Assembly: GCA_026387835.1 (NCBI GenBank)
Contig: JAPLKZ010000007.1
Coordinates: 199,291 to 231,290 of the forward strand
DNA from: Candidatus Saganbacteria bacterium
Lineage (GTDB): Bacteria > Margulisbacteria > WOR-1 > JAKLHX01
Direction of reading: 5' to 3'
Length of the DNA stretch: 32,000 nt
Part shown: positions 12,363 through 20,518 of the stretch, piece by piece
How positions within the stretch are numbered: the first letter of the stretch is position 1
Layout of the letters: every line of letters starts with the position of its first letter
Translations under genes and position numbers: made by a program
The notes under the pieces: generated by a model
What the model was told of the DNA's origin: nothing
Seen by the model: only the letters and a program-made list of their open reading frames with translations
The model's database searches: none

Positions 12363-13400
12363 ATGAACTTTACTTGTTTGAATTGCGGGGGCAGCGTCCA
12401 GAAGATCACTGACCTCTTTTTCTGCCCAAAGTGCCGGACAGAATATCCGGTAAAAAATGGTGTGATCTGTTTGAGCAGCGGGATTTCCTACTGGCACATC
12501 ATCCCCAAAGAAAAAATGTCGGCTTTCCTGGAAGAGGCGAAGAAGATCGGCTGGAAGCAAGCGATACTTTCAAATAAAGACGAAAAAATAAGGGCACAAT
12601 ACCTTTGGACTGATTGTCCTTCGAGGGCCGATTCAACGTTTTATCTGCCGCTAACAAAGGACAGTATTGTACTTGATCTTGGTTCCGGCTGGGGCTCCTA
12701 CACCTTTGCTCTTTCACCGCGTGTGGATCAGGTCGTTGCGGCCGACAGCTGCCTTGAATCGCTTGAATTTATCAGTTTGAGAGCACAACAAGACAATATT
12801 TCTAATATCACGCCCGTCCACATCGAACCTTTGGATCTCGGCAAGATACCTTTTGCTGACGGCCAGTTTGACAGCGTCATCATGAACGGCGTTCTGGAAT
12901 GGGTCGGGTCGTATCTGAAAAATGGAGACCCGCTCAAAATGCAGACAAAATGCTTAAAGGAAATTAACAGGGTCCTGAAAAAGGACGGTCACATTTTGAT
13001 AGGGATAGAGAACAGATTCGGTTTAAGATATTTTACAGGTACTGCTGACGACCATTTGAAGCATTACAGTGAAAAGCCTGTAAAATACACGACATTGCTT
13101 CCCAGGCTGGTCGCAAATATCATTTCAAAAAGAAAGCTCGGCGTAGCGTACAGGACATACACCCACTCGTTTTGGGGATACGGGAGGATGTTCAGGAAAG
13201 CCGGTTTTAAAGATATTGTTTTTTTCTATCCCAGGGACGATTACAGGTCCGCTTCAACGGCCATTTTACCTGCAGAAAGCGGTGAGACCGCAAATAATAT
13301 AGGGAAAAGGATCGTCAATAAATACGTGCTGGCGCTTGTTAAGTTCTTTAAACTGGAAAAAGCATTATGCGATTCATATTTTATAGCTGCTAAAAAATGA
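12363..13400 (+). CDS. class I SAM-dependent methyltransferase with an N-terminal Trm112-like CxxC...CxxC zinc ribbon
   Basis: The N-terminus is MNFTCLNCGG...FFCPKCRTEYPVKNGVICL. SAM motif I is VLDLGSGWGSYTF and the post-I acidic residue is in VVAADS. The later stretch DSVIMNGVLEWV...LKKDGHILIGIEN is also consistent with this family. Confidence 0.75.
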   Translation: MNFTCLNCGGSVQKITDLFFCPKCRTEYPVKNGVICLSSGISYWHIIPKEKMSAFLEEAKKIGWKQAILSNKDEKIRAQYLWTDCPSRADSTFYLPLTKDSIVLDLGSGWGSYTFALSPRVDQVVAADSCLESLEFISLRAQQDNISNITPVHIEPLDLGKIPFADGQFDSVIMNGVLEWVGSYLKNGDPLKMQTKCLKEINRVLKKDGHILIGIENRFGLRYFTGTADDHLKHYSEKPVKYTTLLPRLVANIISKRKLGVAYRTYTHSFWGYGRMFRKAGFKDIVFFYPRDDYRSASTAILPAESGETANNIGKRIVNKYVLALVKFFKLEKALCDSYFIAAKK

Positions 13401-14569
13401 TACCTTATATAAAACAATATCTGACAGAAGCCTGGGATGATTTTGACCTCGGTCAAAAGCCTGACGATCTGCTCTTTATTAAGTTTTCCGACAGGATGCT
13501 GCGTCCGGCGCAATACGGGGTGATCTCATTCAAGGTCAATGCTCTGTATAAAGGTCATGAAGAACCGAAAGCGATAATCAGGGTCCCGAGATATCCGGCA
13601 AGTAATGAGGCGAACGATTCTATCAGGATCGAGCATTCTAATCTCCGTTTTATCCATTCAAAGATAAATGATATCAGGATCAAACGGTCTATCCCAAGAA
13701 GTTTATTCGATCGGTCCATTAGAGGGTCCCTGGTCGGCGCAGTAGAATACCTTAGTGGAAATGACATGTCAAACTACATGGTTTGCAGCAAGATCGATGA
13801 TCTTTTCGTGTCAAATTATAAGTCCGCGAGCAAATGGCTTATAGATTTTCAAAAGAAGCTTTGTCCGGAAAACGAGATTATCAAAGGCGCGAAATTCTCG
13901 GAAGACCATTTAAAATCTCTTTTTGACAGGTACTCATTATTATTTCCGGATAAAAAACATCTTCATGAAGGATATTTCACGGGTCTTGTATCGCTCGCAA
14001 ATACTTTTGACGGGATGCAGATAATGCTGCCCGCTTCCCACGGGGATTATCACGCTTCAAATATTTTTATGTCGGACGGCAGTATTTCTGGGGTCATTGA
14101 TTGGGAGGATTTTTCAGCGAAGCAGCTCCCGGCTTTTGACATATATCATTTCATTACGACATATTTTGAGGCTCTATATGATTTTTCCGCCAACAATTAC
14201 CCGAAAGGCATTGAGACTTTTTCGGAAAGCAAGTACCTGCTCGATTTAATAGATTCTTTTGCAGATGAATATTTTACGGCGCTCGGTATGGACACACAGT
14301 TCCAGGAGATAATCTTTCCGTTGTTCATGATAGATTCTTTGTGCAAAGCCGCGGACCCGAGAAAACCCGTGAGCAGTATAGTCATCAAAAAGGAATTCCT
14401 TTTAAATTTAAGGCCCGCAAAGATCAGCGATCTGATCAGATATATGGCTATATTCCCGTATTTAGACCTGTTAAAAAAAGCATCGAGATCCGGCGACAAA
14501 CAAAAGCAGGATTATTTTACGGACAAGATCGAAAAATTAAAAGAAGAGGCTTCCTCTAAAGAAAAGTAA
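13397..14569 (+). CDS. aminoglycoside-phosphotransferase (APH)/choline-kinase-family small-molecule kinase
   Basis: The Brenner/catalytic motif is SHGDYHASNIF (HGDxxxxN), followed by SGVIDWEDF (the DWE metal-binding motif). The start forms an ATGA overlap with the methyltransferase stop. Confidence 0.7.
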   Translation: MIPYIKQYLTEAWDDFDLGQKPDDLLFIKFSDRMLRPAQYGVISFKVNALYKGHEEPKAIIRVPRYPASNEANDSIRIEHSNLRFIHSKINDIRIKRSIPRSLFDRSIRGSLVGAVEYLSGNDMSNYMVCSKIDDLFVSNYKSASKWLIDFQKKLCPENEIIKGAKFSEDHLKSLFDRYSLLFPDKKHLHEGYFTGLVSLANTFDGMQIMLPASHGDYHASNIFMSDGSISGVIDWEDFSAKQLPAFDIYHFITTYFEALYDFSANNYPKGIETFSESKYLLDLIDSFADEYFTALGMDTQFQEIIFPLFMIDSLCKAADPRKPVSSIVIKKEFLLNLRPAKISDLIRYMAIFPYLDLLKKASRSGDKQKQDYFTDKIEKLKEEASSKEK

Positions 14570-14572
14570 TGG

Positions 14573-15685
14573 CTATCCTTTTCTTTCCATGATTGACAGT
14601 ATTTTATTAGTGTGCTCGTTTTCCGGATCCTGCTTTGCATAAACTTTGAGAAATTCTAAGGCTTCATCAAGTTTTCCCTGTTTTGCGCAGCAGACAGCAT
14701 ATTGCGAAAACCTCATCGCATCCCAAAAGAAATCCTGGTTTGATATTTTATCGTGCATTTTTTTAGGTAATGCTACGGCTTTCTTTATTAGATTGTACGC
14801 GTCTTCGAACCTGTTGAGTTCCATGTATGCCCGCGTTGCGATGCAATACTGGTCTATATTTTCAGGATTGCATTCGATAGATCGTATGCCTTCGTTCAAA
14901 GCTTTCTCAAAATCTTTCAACTCATTTATATATATCCAGCCCTTGCTATTATGACTGTCTTCCTCCAGATGAGAGAGCTCATTTTTTCCTCTGCAGGCAA
15001 AAATGACCTTGTCAAAAGCGGCAAGCGAATCATCGGTCCTGTTCATCTGCCAATATTTCTTCGCAAGGAGATAGCTGTATCCGGGATCATCGGCATTTTC
15101 AGACGCAGCCTTTTCCAGGATCTCCAGCCTGGATCGGTTCTTTTTCTTTGACAGGTCCGCGGGCATATTGCCGCCCCAGTGATAGATCGCGATATCAGCC
15201 AGCTTCTCCTCTATTCTTTTTATTCCTTGGGGAAAAACGACCTGTTCATTCACCGGCCTTTGAAAATGAATGCCCAGCTTGTTCCTGAAGATCTTATCCC
15301 TCATATAGAAAGATTTCACTTCGGTCGTATCGTATTCACATTCATTAATGGGGATATAGATGATATTGGCTCCGGTATTGTCAAGATGAGCCCTTAATTT
15401 GCGGACATCTTCCTTTTTAAGGTATTCATCGGCATCTGTCCACATGATCCAGTTCGAATCCGCATATTTTAAAGATTCATTCCTCGCAGCCGAAAAATCA
15501 TTTATCCATGTAAAATCATGCACTTCCGCCCCGAGTGAAGCCGCGAGATCTTTTGTCCTGTCAGTGGACCCCGTATCCATGACGATGACTTTGTCGCACG
15601 AGGAGACCAGGTTTGGAAGTGTCTTTGAAATATTCACTTCTTCGTTCTTGACGATCATACAGATATTTAAGGTTGTCTTTTGCAT
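14573..15685 (-). CDS. family-2 glycosyltransferase fused to C-terminal TPR repeats
   Basis: The GT2 core is ICMIVKNEEVNISKTLPNLVSSCDKVIVMDTGSTDRT...INDFSAARNESL...WTDADEYL (DxD-like DAD). The C-terminal half has TPR-like helices (YWQMNRTDDSLAAFDKVI; ELKDFEKALNEGIRSIECNPEN; MELNRFEDAYNLIKKAVAL; KQGKLDEALEFLKVYAKQDPEN). The start is 7 nt after the stop of the upstream KS-like gene. Confidence 0.75.
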   Translation of the reverse strand: MQKTTLNICMIVKNEEVNISKTLPNLVSSCDKVIVMDTGSTDRTKDLAASLGAEVHDFTWINDFSAARNESLKYADSNWIMWTDADEYLKKEDVRKLRAHLDNTGANIIYIPINECEYDTTEVKSFYMRDKIFRNKLGIHFQRPVNEQVVFPQGIKRIEEKLADIAIYHWGGNMPADLSKKKNRSRLEILEKAASENADDPGYSYLLAKKYWQMNRTDDSLAAFDKVIFACRGKNELSHLEEDSHNSKGWIYINELKDFEKALNEGIRSIECNPENIDQYCIATRAYMELNRFEDAYNLIKKAVALPKKMHDKISNQDFFWDAMRFSQYAVCCAKQGKLDEALEFLKVYAKQDPENEHTNKILSIMERKG

Positions 15686-15692
15686 ATATAGT

Positions 15693-16928
15693 TCAGACTT
15701 TGCCGATTAAGATCGAAACGCAATTCCCCCATCTGGTATGTGAATCCAATGAAAATGAACATATTAATGAATTATTAATTATAGCATCCTCTGCATATTT
15801 GGTTGTTAAGTTCAGCCTGCACAAGGGGTCCGGAGAAGTATAATTGATGGTCGGAAATATGAACCTGTCCCTGATGCATAACATGGCCGCGCATATGTTC
15901 AGGGGATAGCTCGCGCCGAAAGTTTCCCCCGTCATGGACTTGAGTGCGCTTACAGGGATATCCTTTGCGTCCGTGCCCATGGCCGATCTTAACGAATCGA
16001 TCTCAAGTTTGTCGCATATGCGCGAAGAGTTCGCAGAAGAACAGATGAAATCAATATCCGAGGAGGATAGCCCGGATTCCTGTAACGCTTGTCCGGCAGA
16101 TCGCCTGATCACCTCTTCTGCCGAAGTTCCGTTCCCGAAAGAACCGGTTGAAATGCCGGATATCTTAGCGTATATATTTGCGCCTCTTTTTTTGGCGTCT
16201 TCAAGCCTTTCCAGCAATAACAAACATGCTCCTTCAGCGCAAATATACCCGTTCCTGTATTGATCGAACGGCCTGCTGTCTTCACTGACCGTTTGGTCTT
16301 CATAAGCCAGCTCGCCTTTAGCATGGACGCCCCCAAAAACCAGAAGCGAGAGTTCGTCGGCTCCGCCGCAGATAATATAATCTGCCTTTTTGTTCTTGAG
16401 GAGCTGTACTGCATAAAATATCGCCATGCCTCCTGATGTCACTTCGGATGATAACGTGTAATTTACCCCGTTAAGGGATAATTCTTTGGCGATAGTTCCG
16501 GCGCTGATATTCATTGACAGACTGGGAAAAATAAAGGGATTTGCAAGTTGAGGCCCATTGGCATTGATTTCGGAAATAAATTTCTCGAGTGATGCGCTGT
16601 TGCCAAAGGCGGTCCCGAATATCACCCCGATCCTGCCGCTGTCTGTCTTTGCCATATCTATTCCCGAATCTTTCACGGCCATTACCGCCGCAGCGGTCGA
16701 ATACCGGGTCAACCTGTCCATTTTTCTGGCGTTTGACGCCGGTATATGATCTGCTATCGAAAAGTCGTTTATTTCACCGGCCTTTTTTGATCCGAATATT
16801 GAGGGGTCAAACCTTTTGATCCTATCGACGCCGCTTTTCCCTGTCTTTAAGGACTCAAGAAAAGCTTCGGTACCCGTCCCGATAGGACTTACTATCCCTA
16901 TACCCGTTATTACTATTTGGTCTTCCAT
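15693..16928 (-). CDS. ketosynthase-like protein lacking the catalytic triad (KS-beta / chain-length-factor-like partner)
   Basis: It has a thiolase-fold KS N-terminus (IVITGIGIVSPIGTG) and aligns by eye along its length with the adjacent KS. The Cys-His-His positions read V (LSSEVTSGG versus STACSSS), S (ICSSANSS versus INAHGTGT) and E (SMTGETFG versus SMTGHALG). It overlaps the KS gene by 16 nt. Confidence 0.7.
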   Translation of the reverse strand: MEDQIVITGIGIVSPIGTGTEAFLESLKTGKSGVDRIKRFDPSIFGSKKAGEINDFSIADHIPASNARKMDRLTRYSTAAAVMAVKDSGIDMAKTDSGRIGVIFGTAFGNSASLEKFISEINANGPQLANPFIFPSLSMNISAGTIAKELSLNGVNYTLSSEVTSGGMAIFYAVQLLKNKKADYIICGGADELSLLVFGGVHAKGELAYEDQTVSEDSRPFDQYRNGYICAEGACLLLLERLEDAKKRGANIYAKISGISTGSFGNGTSAEEVIRRSAGQALQESGLSSSDIDFICSSANSSRICDKLEIDSLRSAMGTDAKDIPVSALKSMTGETFGASYPLNICAAMLCIRDRFIFPTINYTSPDPLCRLNLTTKYAEDAIINNSLICSFSLDSHTRWGNCVSILIGKV

Positions 16929-18130
16929 TTTTTTATTATGATGCTCGAGTTGTTGCCAGCAAAAGCAAAATTATTTGACATTGATATATCGAACGTCTTG
17001 GGCCTTGATCTGTTCGGGACATAATCCAGATCGCAGGCAGGGTCGGGCGTTTCGTAGTTTATTGTCGGAGGAATAAAGGATCCCCGCATGGCCAGTATGC
17101 ATGCGATTATTTCAATTATCCCTGCCGCTCCCAAAGCATGACCGGTCATGGATTTAGTAGAGCTTACCGGTATTTCGTAGGCATTTTCCCCGAAAGCTCC
17201 TTTTATGGCTTTTGTCTCCATTTCATCATTTTGCTGTGTCCCGGTGCCGTGAGCATTAATATATTCAACGGCATCCGTTCGCAAATGTGCGTCCTCAAGA
17301 GCGGCTTTCATCGCAAGGGCCGCTCCCCTGCCGCTCGGGTCGGGCGATGTCTCATGATAAGCATCGCTGCTGTTACCGTAGCCGAGTATCTCCGCATAGA
17401 TCATGGCCTTTCTCTTTAGAGCATGTTCAAGTTCTTCCAGGATCAGGATCCCCGCCCCTTCTCCCAGCAATAAACCCGACCTGTTCTTATCGAACGGCTG
17501 GCATTTTTTTTCGGCAAGACCTCTTAAAGAATGGAAACCATAATAAGCGATATCGAACAGGTCCTCGGCTCCTCCCGTGAAACATATTTCTGACAAGCCG
17601 TTTCCGATCAGATCGGATGCGATCATTACGGAATTCAGAGATGAGGAGCAGGCTGTCGAAACCGTCAAAGAGGGCCCTTTGAGGTCATAATATGACGCGA
17701 TAGCCTTTGCGGGTCCGTAAGCGGTATTAGCGACAAGCTGTTCGGGTTTTAAACCGCTGATATCCTTTTCTGTAATGATCTTTCTAAAGATGACTTTTAA
17801 GGATTCGATAGAACCCTGGGACAGGCCGAAGACCGATCCTATCCTGTAAGGATCCTCGTCTTTAAAACATATTTTGGAGTCCTTCACGGCCTGTACGGCA
17901 GAAATATGTATCATGTCCAGGGCCCTGTAAGAATACGGGAAATTTACCGCAGGGAGATCCTTTATTTCACAGGCTATATGGACGCGCAGGCCGTTTGTAT
18001 CAAACAGCGTGACCGGGGCCACACCTGAAACTCCGTTCTTGAGATTTAAAGCATATTCATCGATGGAGTTGCCGATCGAAGACAAAACTCCCATGCCCGT
18101 TACAACCACCCTTTTAGACCGGTTTGGCAA
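16913..18130 (-). CDS. beta-ketoacyl-ACP synthase (FabF/KAS II-like, intact C-H-H triad)
   Basis: Motifs are RVVVTGMGVLSSIGN, TVSTACSSSLNSV (active-site Cys), NAHGTGTQQND and KSMTGHALGAAG. The start is uncertain. The TTG at 18130 has AGGAAAGAG about 7 nt upstream and gives MPNRSKRVVVTG; the alternative is the TTG at 18178 used by the track. Confidence 0.85.
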   Translation of the reverse strand: MPNRSKRVVVTGMGVLSSIGNSIDEYALNLKNGVSGVAPVTLFDTNGLRVHIACEIKDLPAVNFPYSYRALDMIHISAVQAVKDSKICFKDEDPYRIGSVFGLSQGSIESLKVIFRKIITEKDISGLKPEQLVANTAYGPAKAIASYYDLKGPSLTVSTACSSSLNSVMIASDLIGNGLSEICFTGGAEDLFDIAYYGFHSLRGLAEKKCQPFDKNRSGLLLGEGAGILILEELEHALKRKAMIYAEILGYGNSSDAYHETSPDPSGRGAALAMKAALEDAHLRTDAVEYINAHGTGTQQNDEMETKAIKGAFGENAYEIPVSSTKSMTGHALGAAGIIEIIACILAMRGSFIPPTINYETPDPACDLDYVPNRSRPKTFDISMSNNFAFAGNNSSIIIKKWKTK

Positions 18131-18584
18131 TTTCGATCTCTTTCCTGATAAATAATGATATCTCGCTTTCAAAGACAAGCTCGCCGTTTGAATGTATCGT
18201 GCCTTTAGCTATCAGAAAGTCCCCGATTTTATCGGTGAATTCAGTTTTTATTATAAGCTCATCCGAAAACCCGACACTTTTTAACATATGACAGTTTTTG
18301 AACGAGACAATAAAATGTGAAAAATTAGACCCAGGTTCATTGTCGCTGTTGTCCATCTTTATCATATCCGGGACAAAAAATTCGGCCAGGTTCATCGATT
18401 GGGCCAGGCATTCAAGAAGTATCGTGCCCGGGACGGAAAATTCATTGCGGAGAACGGGGTCGTTCTTTGAAAACCGTTTTTTGCATAAAATATAATTGCT
18501 TTTGGCCTCGATGAATTCGTCGATAAATACGAAAGGCGGTTTGTGCTTGTAAAAAGGTTCAAAGACCAGGTCGTTGATTAACAC
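18114..18584 (-). CDS. FabZ/FabA-like hot-dog fold dehydratase, atypical active-site region
   Basis: The sequence reads HKPPFVFIDEF...KNDPVLRNEFSVPGTILLECLAQS, compared with FabZ PHRFPFLLVD...[26 protein letters not shown]. The Glu of the E..AQ motif is kept, but the GHFP His aligns with NEFS. A GTG start at 18584 lies 3 nt after the ACP stop. Confidence 0.6.
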   Translation of the reverse strand: MLINDLVFEPFYKHKPPFVFIDEFIEAKSNYILCKKRFSKNDPVLRNEFSVPGTILLECLAQSMNLAEFFVPDMIKMDNSDNEPGSNFSHFIVSFKNCHMLKSVGFSDELIIKTEFTDKIGDFLIAKGTIHSNGELVFESEISLFIRKEIEIAKPV

Positions 18585-18587
18585 TTC

Positions 18588-18893
18588 TTATTTCATTTTG
18601 CTTTTTATGAAGTTAGCCATTGTGCCGATATCTTTAAATATTGCTTCAGGGCTTTTGAGGTCTTCGTTAGTGATCTTTACCCCGAAATTCTTATCGATCC
18701 CGACTATTATTTCCAGAGAATCTATCGAATCAAGACCGAGGGAATCGGAGTCAGGCGGCCTATTTTGAGGGCGGCTTTCCTGTGCCATGTTAAAAAGCTG
18801 CGTCCGTTCGTTGATGTCCTCGGGCCGGATATTCAGGTTTAATTGAGTGATCAGCATCTCCTTTAATTTTTGCAGGATCTCATGATATTCCAT
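18588..18893 (-). CDS. acyl carrier protein (discrete, type II)
   Basis: It is 101 aa. The phosphopantetheine attachment motif is LGLDSIDSLEIIVGIDKNFGV (DSxxSLE). An SD AAGGAG lies 7 nt upstream of the ATG at 18893. Confidence 0.8.
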   Translation of the reverse strand: MEYHEILQKLKEMLITQLNLNIRPEDINERTQLFNMAQESRPQNRPPDSDSLGLDSIDSLEIIVGIDKNFGVKITNEDLKSPEAIFKDIGTMANFIKSKMK

Positions 18894-18903
18894 ATAAATC
18901 TCC

Positions 18904-19638
18904 TTAGTTTATTAGACCACCGTCAACGATGATCTGTTGTCCCTGAATATATGATGCCTCACCCGAGGCAAGAAAAGCAACTACAGATGCGACTTCAGAC
19001 GGCCTGCCGTACCTCTTTAAAGGAATAGCTTCCCGATATCTGTCAAGTATATGTTCCGGGATCGACAAAACCATATCAGTGTCTATCAGTCCGGGAAGGA
19101 CGCAATTGACGGTTATTCCGTAACCGGACAGTTCCTTTGAAAGCGCATTTGAAAAACCGATCACCCCAGCTTTTGAAGCGGCGTAACTTGTCTGTCCTGC
19201 CGCACCGTTCTTTGCCGCGATCGAACTTATGTTGATTATCTTCCCGCTCTTGCGTGAGATCATGTGCTTGGAGACGGCTTTGCAGCAATAAAAAGTGCCG
19301 TAAAGATTTGTCTTCAGGGTGAGATCGAAGTCATCATTGGGAGTAGTCAGAAGGAAGCTGTTTTTTACTAAACCCGCATTATTTACGAGTACATCGATCT
19401 TTCCGCATTTGCCGATTATCTCCTCGGCCATGCTCTCAACCTCGCAAAAATTACTTACATCAGCTTTGGCTAACATCCCCTGCCCTTCTATTTCACGCAG
19501 CAGTTCCTGTGCCGCGGCCGTGCTCTTGTTGAAGTTTATGGCGACAAAATAGCCGAGCCCATGAAAGGCCTTTACGATGGCTTTGCCTATTCCGCCTGTG
19601 CCGCCGGTTACCAGGACGACTTTATTTTCGAGCGCCAT
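18904..19638 (-). CDS. SDR-family 3-oxoacyl-ACP reductase (FabG-like ketoreductase)
   Basis: Motifs are VVLVTGGTGGIGKAI (TGxxxGxG), NNAG and SS...YAASKAG (S-YxxxK). The preferred start is MALENK at 19638. The track start at 19656 is a TTG lying inside the predicted -10 box. Confidence 0.85.
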   Translation of the reverse strand: MALENKVVLVTGGTGGIGKAIVKAFHGLGYFVAINFNKSTAAAQELLREIEGQGMLAKADVSNFCEVESMAEEIIGKCGKIDVLVNNAGLVKNSFLLTTPNDDFDLTLKTNLYGTFYCCKAVSKHMISRKSGKIINISSIAAKNGAAGQTSYAASKAGVIGFSNALSKELSGYGITVNCVLPGLIDTDMVLSIPEHILDRYREAIPLKRYGRPSEVASVVAFLASGEASYIQGQQIIVDGGLIN

Positions 19639-19647
19639 AATAAATGT

Positions 19648-19699
19648 ATTATACAAAACATAAAATATATTTGCAAATAAAAAACAAATATGATAGTAT
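19648..19699. promoter_or_regulatory. back-to-back divergent promoters sharing one palindromic -35 hexamer TTGCAA
   Basis: TTGCAA at 19671-19676 is self-complementary. Leftward, a 17-nt spacer leads to a consensus TATAAT at 19653-19648 (minus strand), 9 nt before the KR ATG at 19638. Rightward, a 17-nt spacer containing TG at 19691-19692 leads to TAGTAT at 19694-19699, upstream of the acyltransferase ATG at 19722. Confidence 0.45.
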
Positions 19700-19721
19700 T
19701 TAAAAAATAATCGGTCAGGTT

Positions 19722-20441
19722 ATGAAAAACTTTTTTATATATAGCGGTATTATTGTTATAATAGTTGTGTTTGTAATTGCTAGATTGGTAGATCTGTTGC
19801 TCAATATTTTTTCAAATGACAAAGAACTTGACGCCCAGAAATTTCTATATAAGTGGTCGCACAGATTATTTTGGGTGATAAATTCCAAGGTTGAATTCTC
19901 CGGCCTCGAAAATATCCCCGCGACCGGCCCGGTGATCATTGTGGCAAGGTACAGGTTCCCCATAGATCTTATAATATCCACAGCAATTTTTAAGAGAAAA
20001 GTATATCTTGCCGTGGATTCGACATTTTTTGTTTTTCCGCTTTCATTTATGAGCAAAAGCGCAGGATATCTGAACATTGACAACAAGAATCTTTTGATCG
20101 CGGCGCAGCAGATGGATAAGACAATAGAAAAGCTCAGGGCGGGTTCGGCTATTTTTATGTTCATAAGCAGAAGGACAGACATTGACAGTCCCGTTCACGG
20201 CCCCGCTTTTGCGTCCCTTGAAACTAATATCCCGGTCATCCCTATTGCGATAAATTCGACCCCGGAATTATCTGTATTCACTAATTTTATATATGGCATG
20301 TTCGTCCGTAAAAAGGTGTTAGATGTCATTAAGGTCAGGATCGGAGAGCCAATAATGTCAAATGAGCAAAATGACAGGATCGGAAGGGTTAAGTTCACAG
20401 AAGAAATAGTCAGAAAGATCGATTCGATGCTGAAAAAATAG
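19722..20441 (+). CDS. PlsC/LPLAT-like acyltransferase with an N-terminal TM helix and degenerate catalytic motifs
   Basis: The N-terminal TM segment is FIYSGIIVIIVVFVIARLV. The block order resembles 1-acyl-sn-glycerol-3-phosphate acyltransferases: GLENIPATGPVIIVARYRFPIDLI (versus NHxSxxD), AGYLNIDN, AIFMFISRRT (versus FPEGTR) and NIPVIPIAI (versus VPIVPV). The HX4D His is replaced by Tyr. Confidence 0.5.
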   Translation: MKNFFIYSGIIVIIVVFVIARLVDLLLNIFSNDKELDAQKFLYKWSHRLFWVINSKVEFSGLENIPATGPVIIVARYRFPIDLIISTAIFKRKVYLAVDSTFFVFPLSFMSKSAGYLNIDNKNLLIAAQQMDKTIEKLRAGSAIFMFISRRTDIDSPVHGPAFASLETNIPVIPIAINSTPELSVFTNFIYGMFVRKKVLDVIKVRIGEPIMSNEQNDRIGRVKFTEEIVRKIDSMLKK

Positions 20442-20518
20442 TTCTTACAATACGACCTCAGTTATAAATGAACTCCTGATTTCCATTGTTTGTATTATTT
20501 AGGAGAACGGCATTCCGC

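Noticed and set aside
19715-20182. A 155-aa minus-strand ORF overlaps the acyltransferase-like gene.
   Set aside because: It would begin inside the plus-strand gene and has no SD. The plus-strand ORF has the promoter, an N-terminal TM helix and the LPLAT block order.
20442-20518. A terminator may lie between the convergent acyltransferase and giant genes.
   Set aside because: The only candidate is a weak, bulged hairpin (GAG-aa-CGG-catt-CCG-CTC, about 20502-20519) with no T-run, and it partly overlaps the giant gene's stop codon. The evidence is too weak to annotate.
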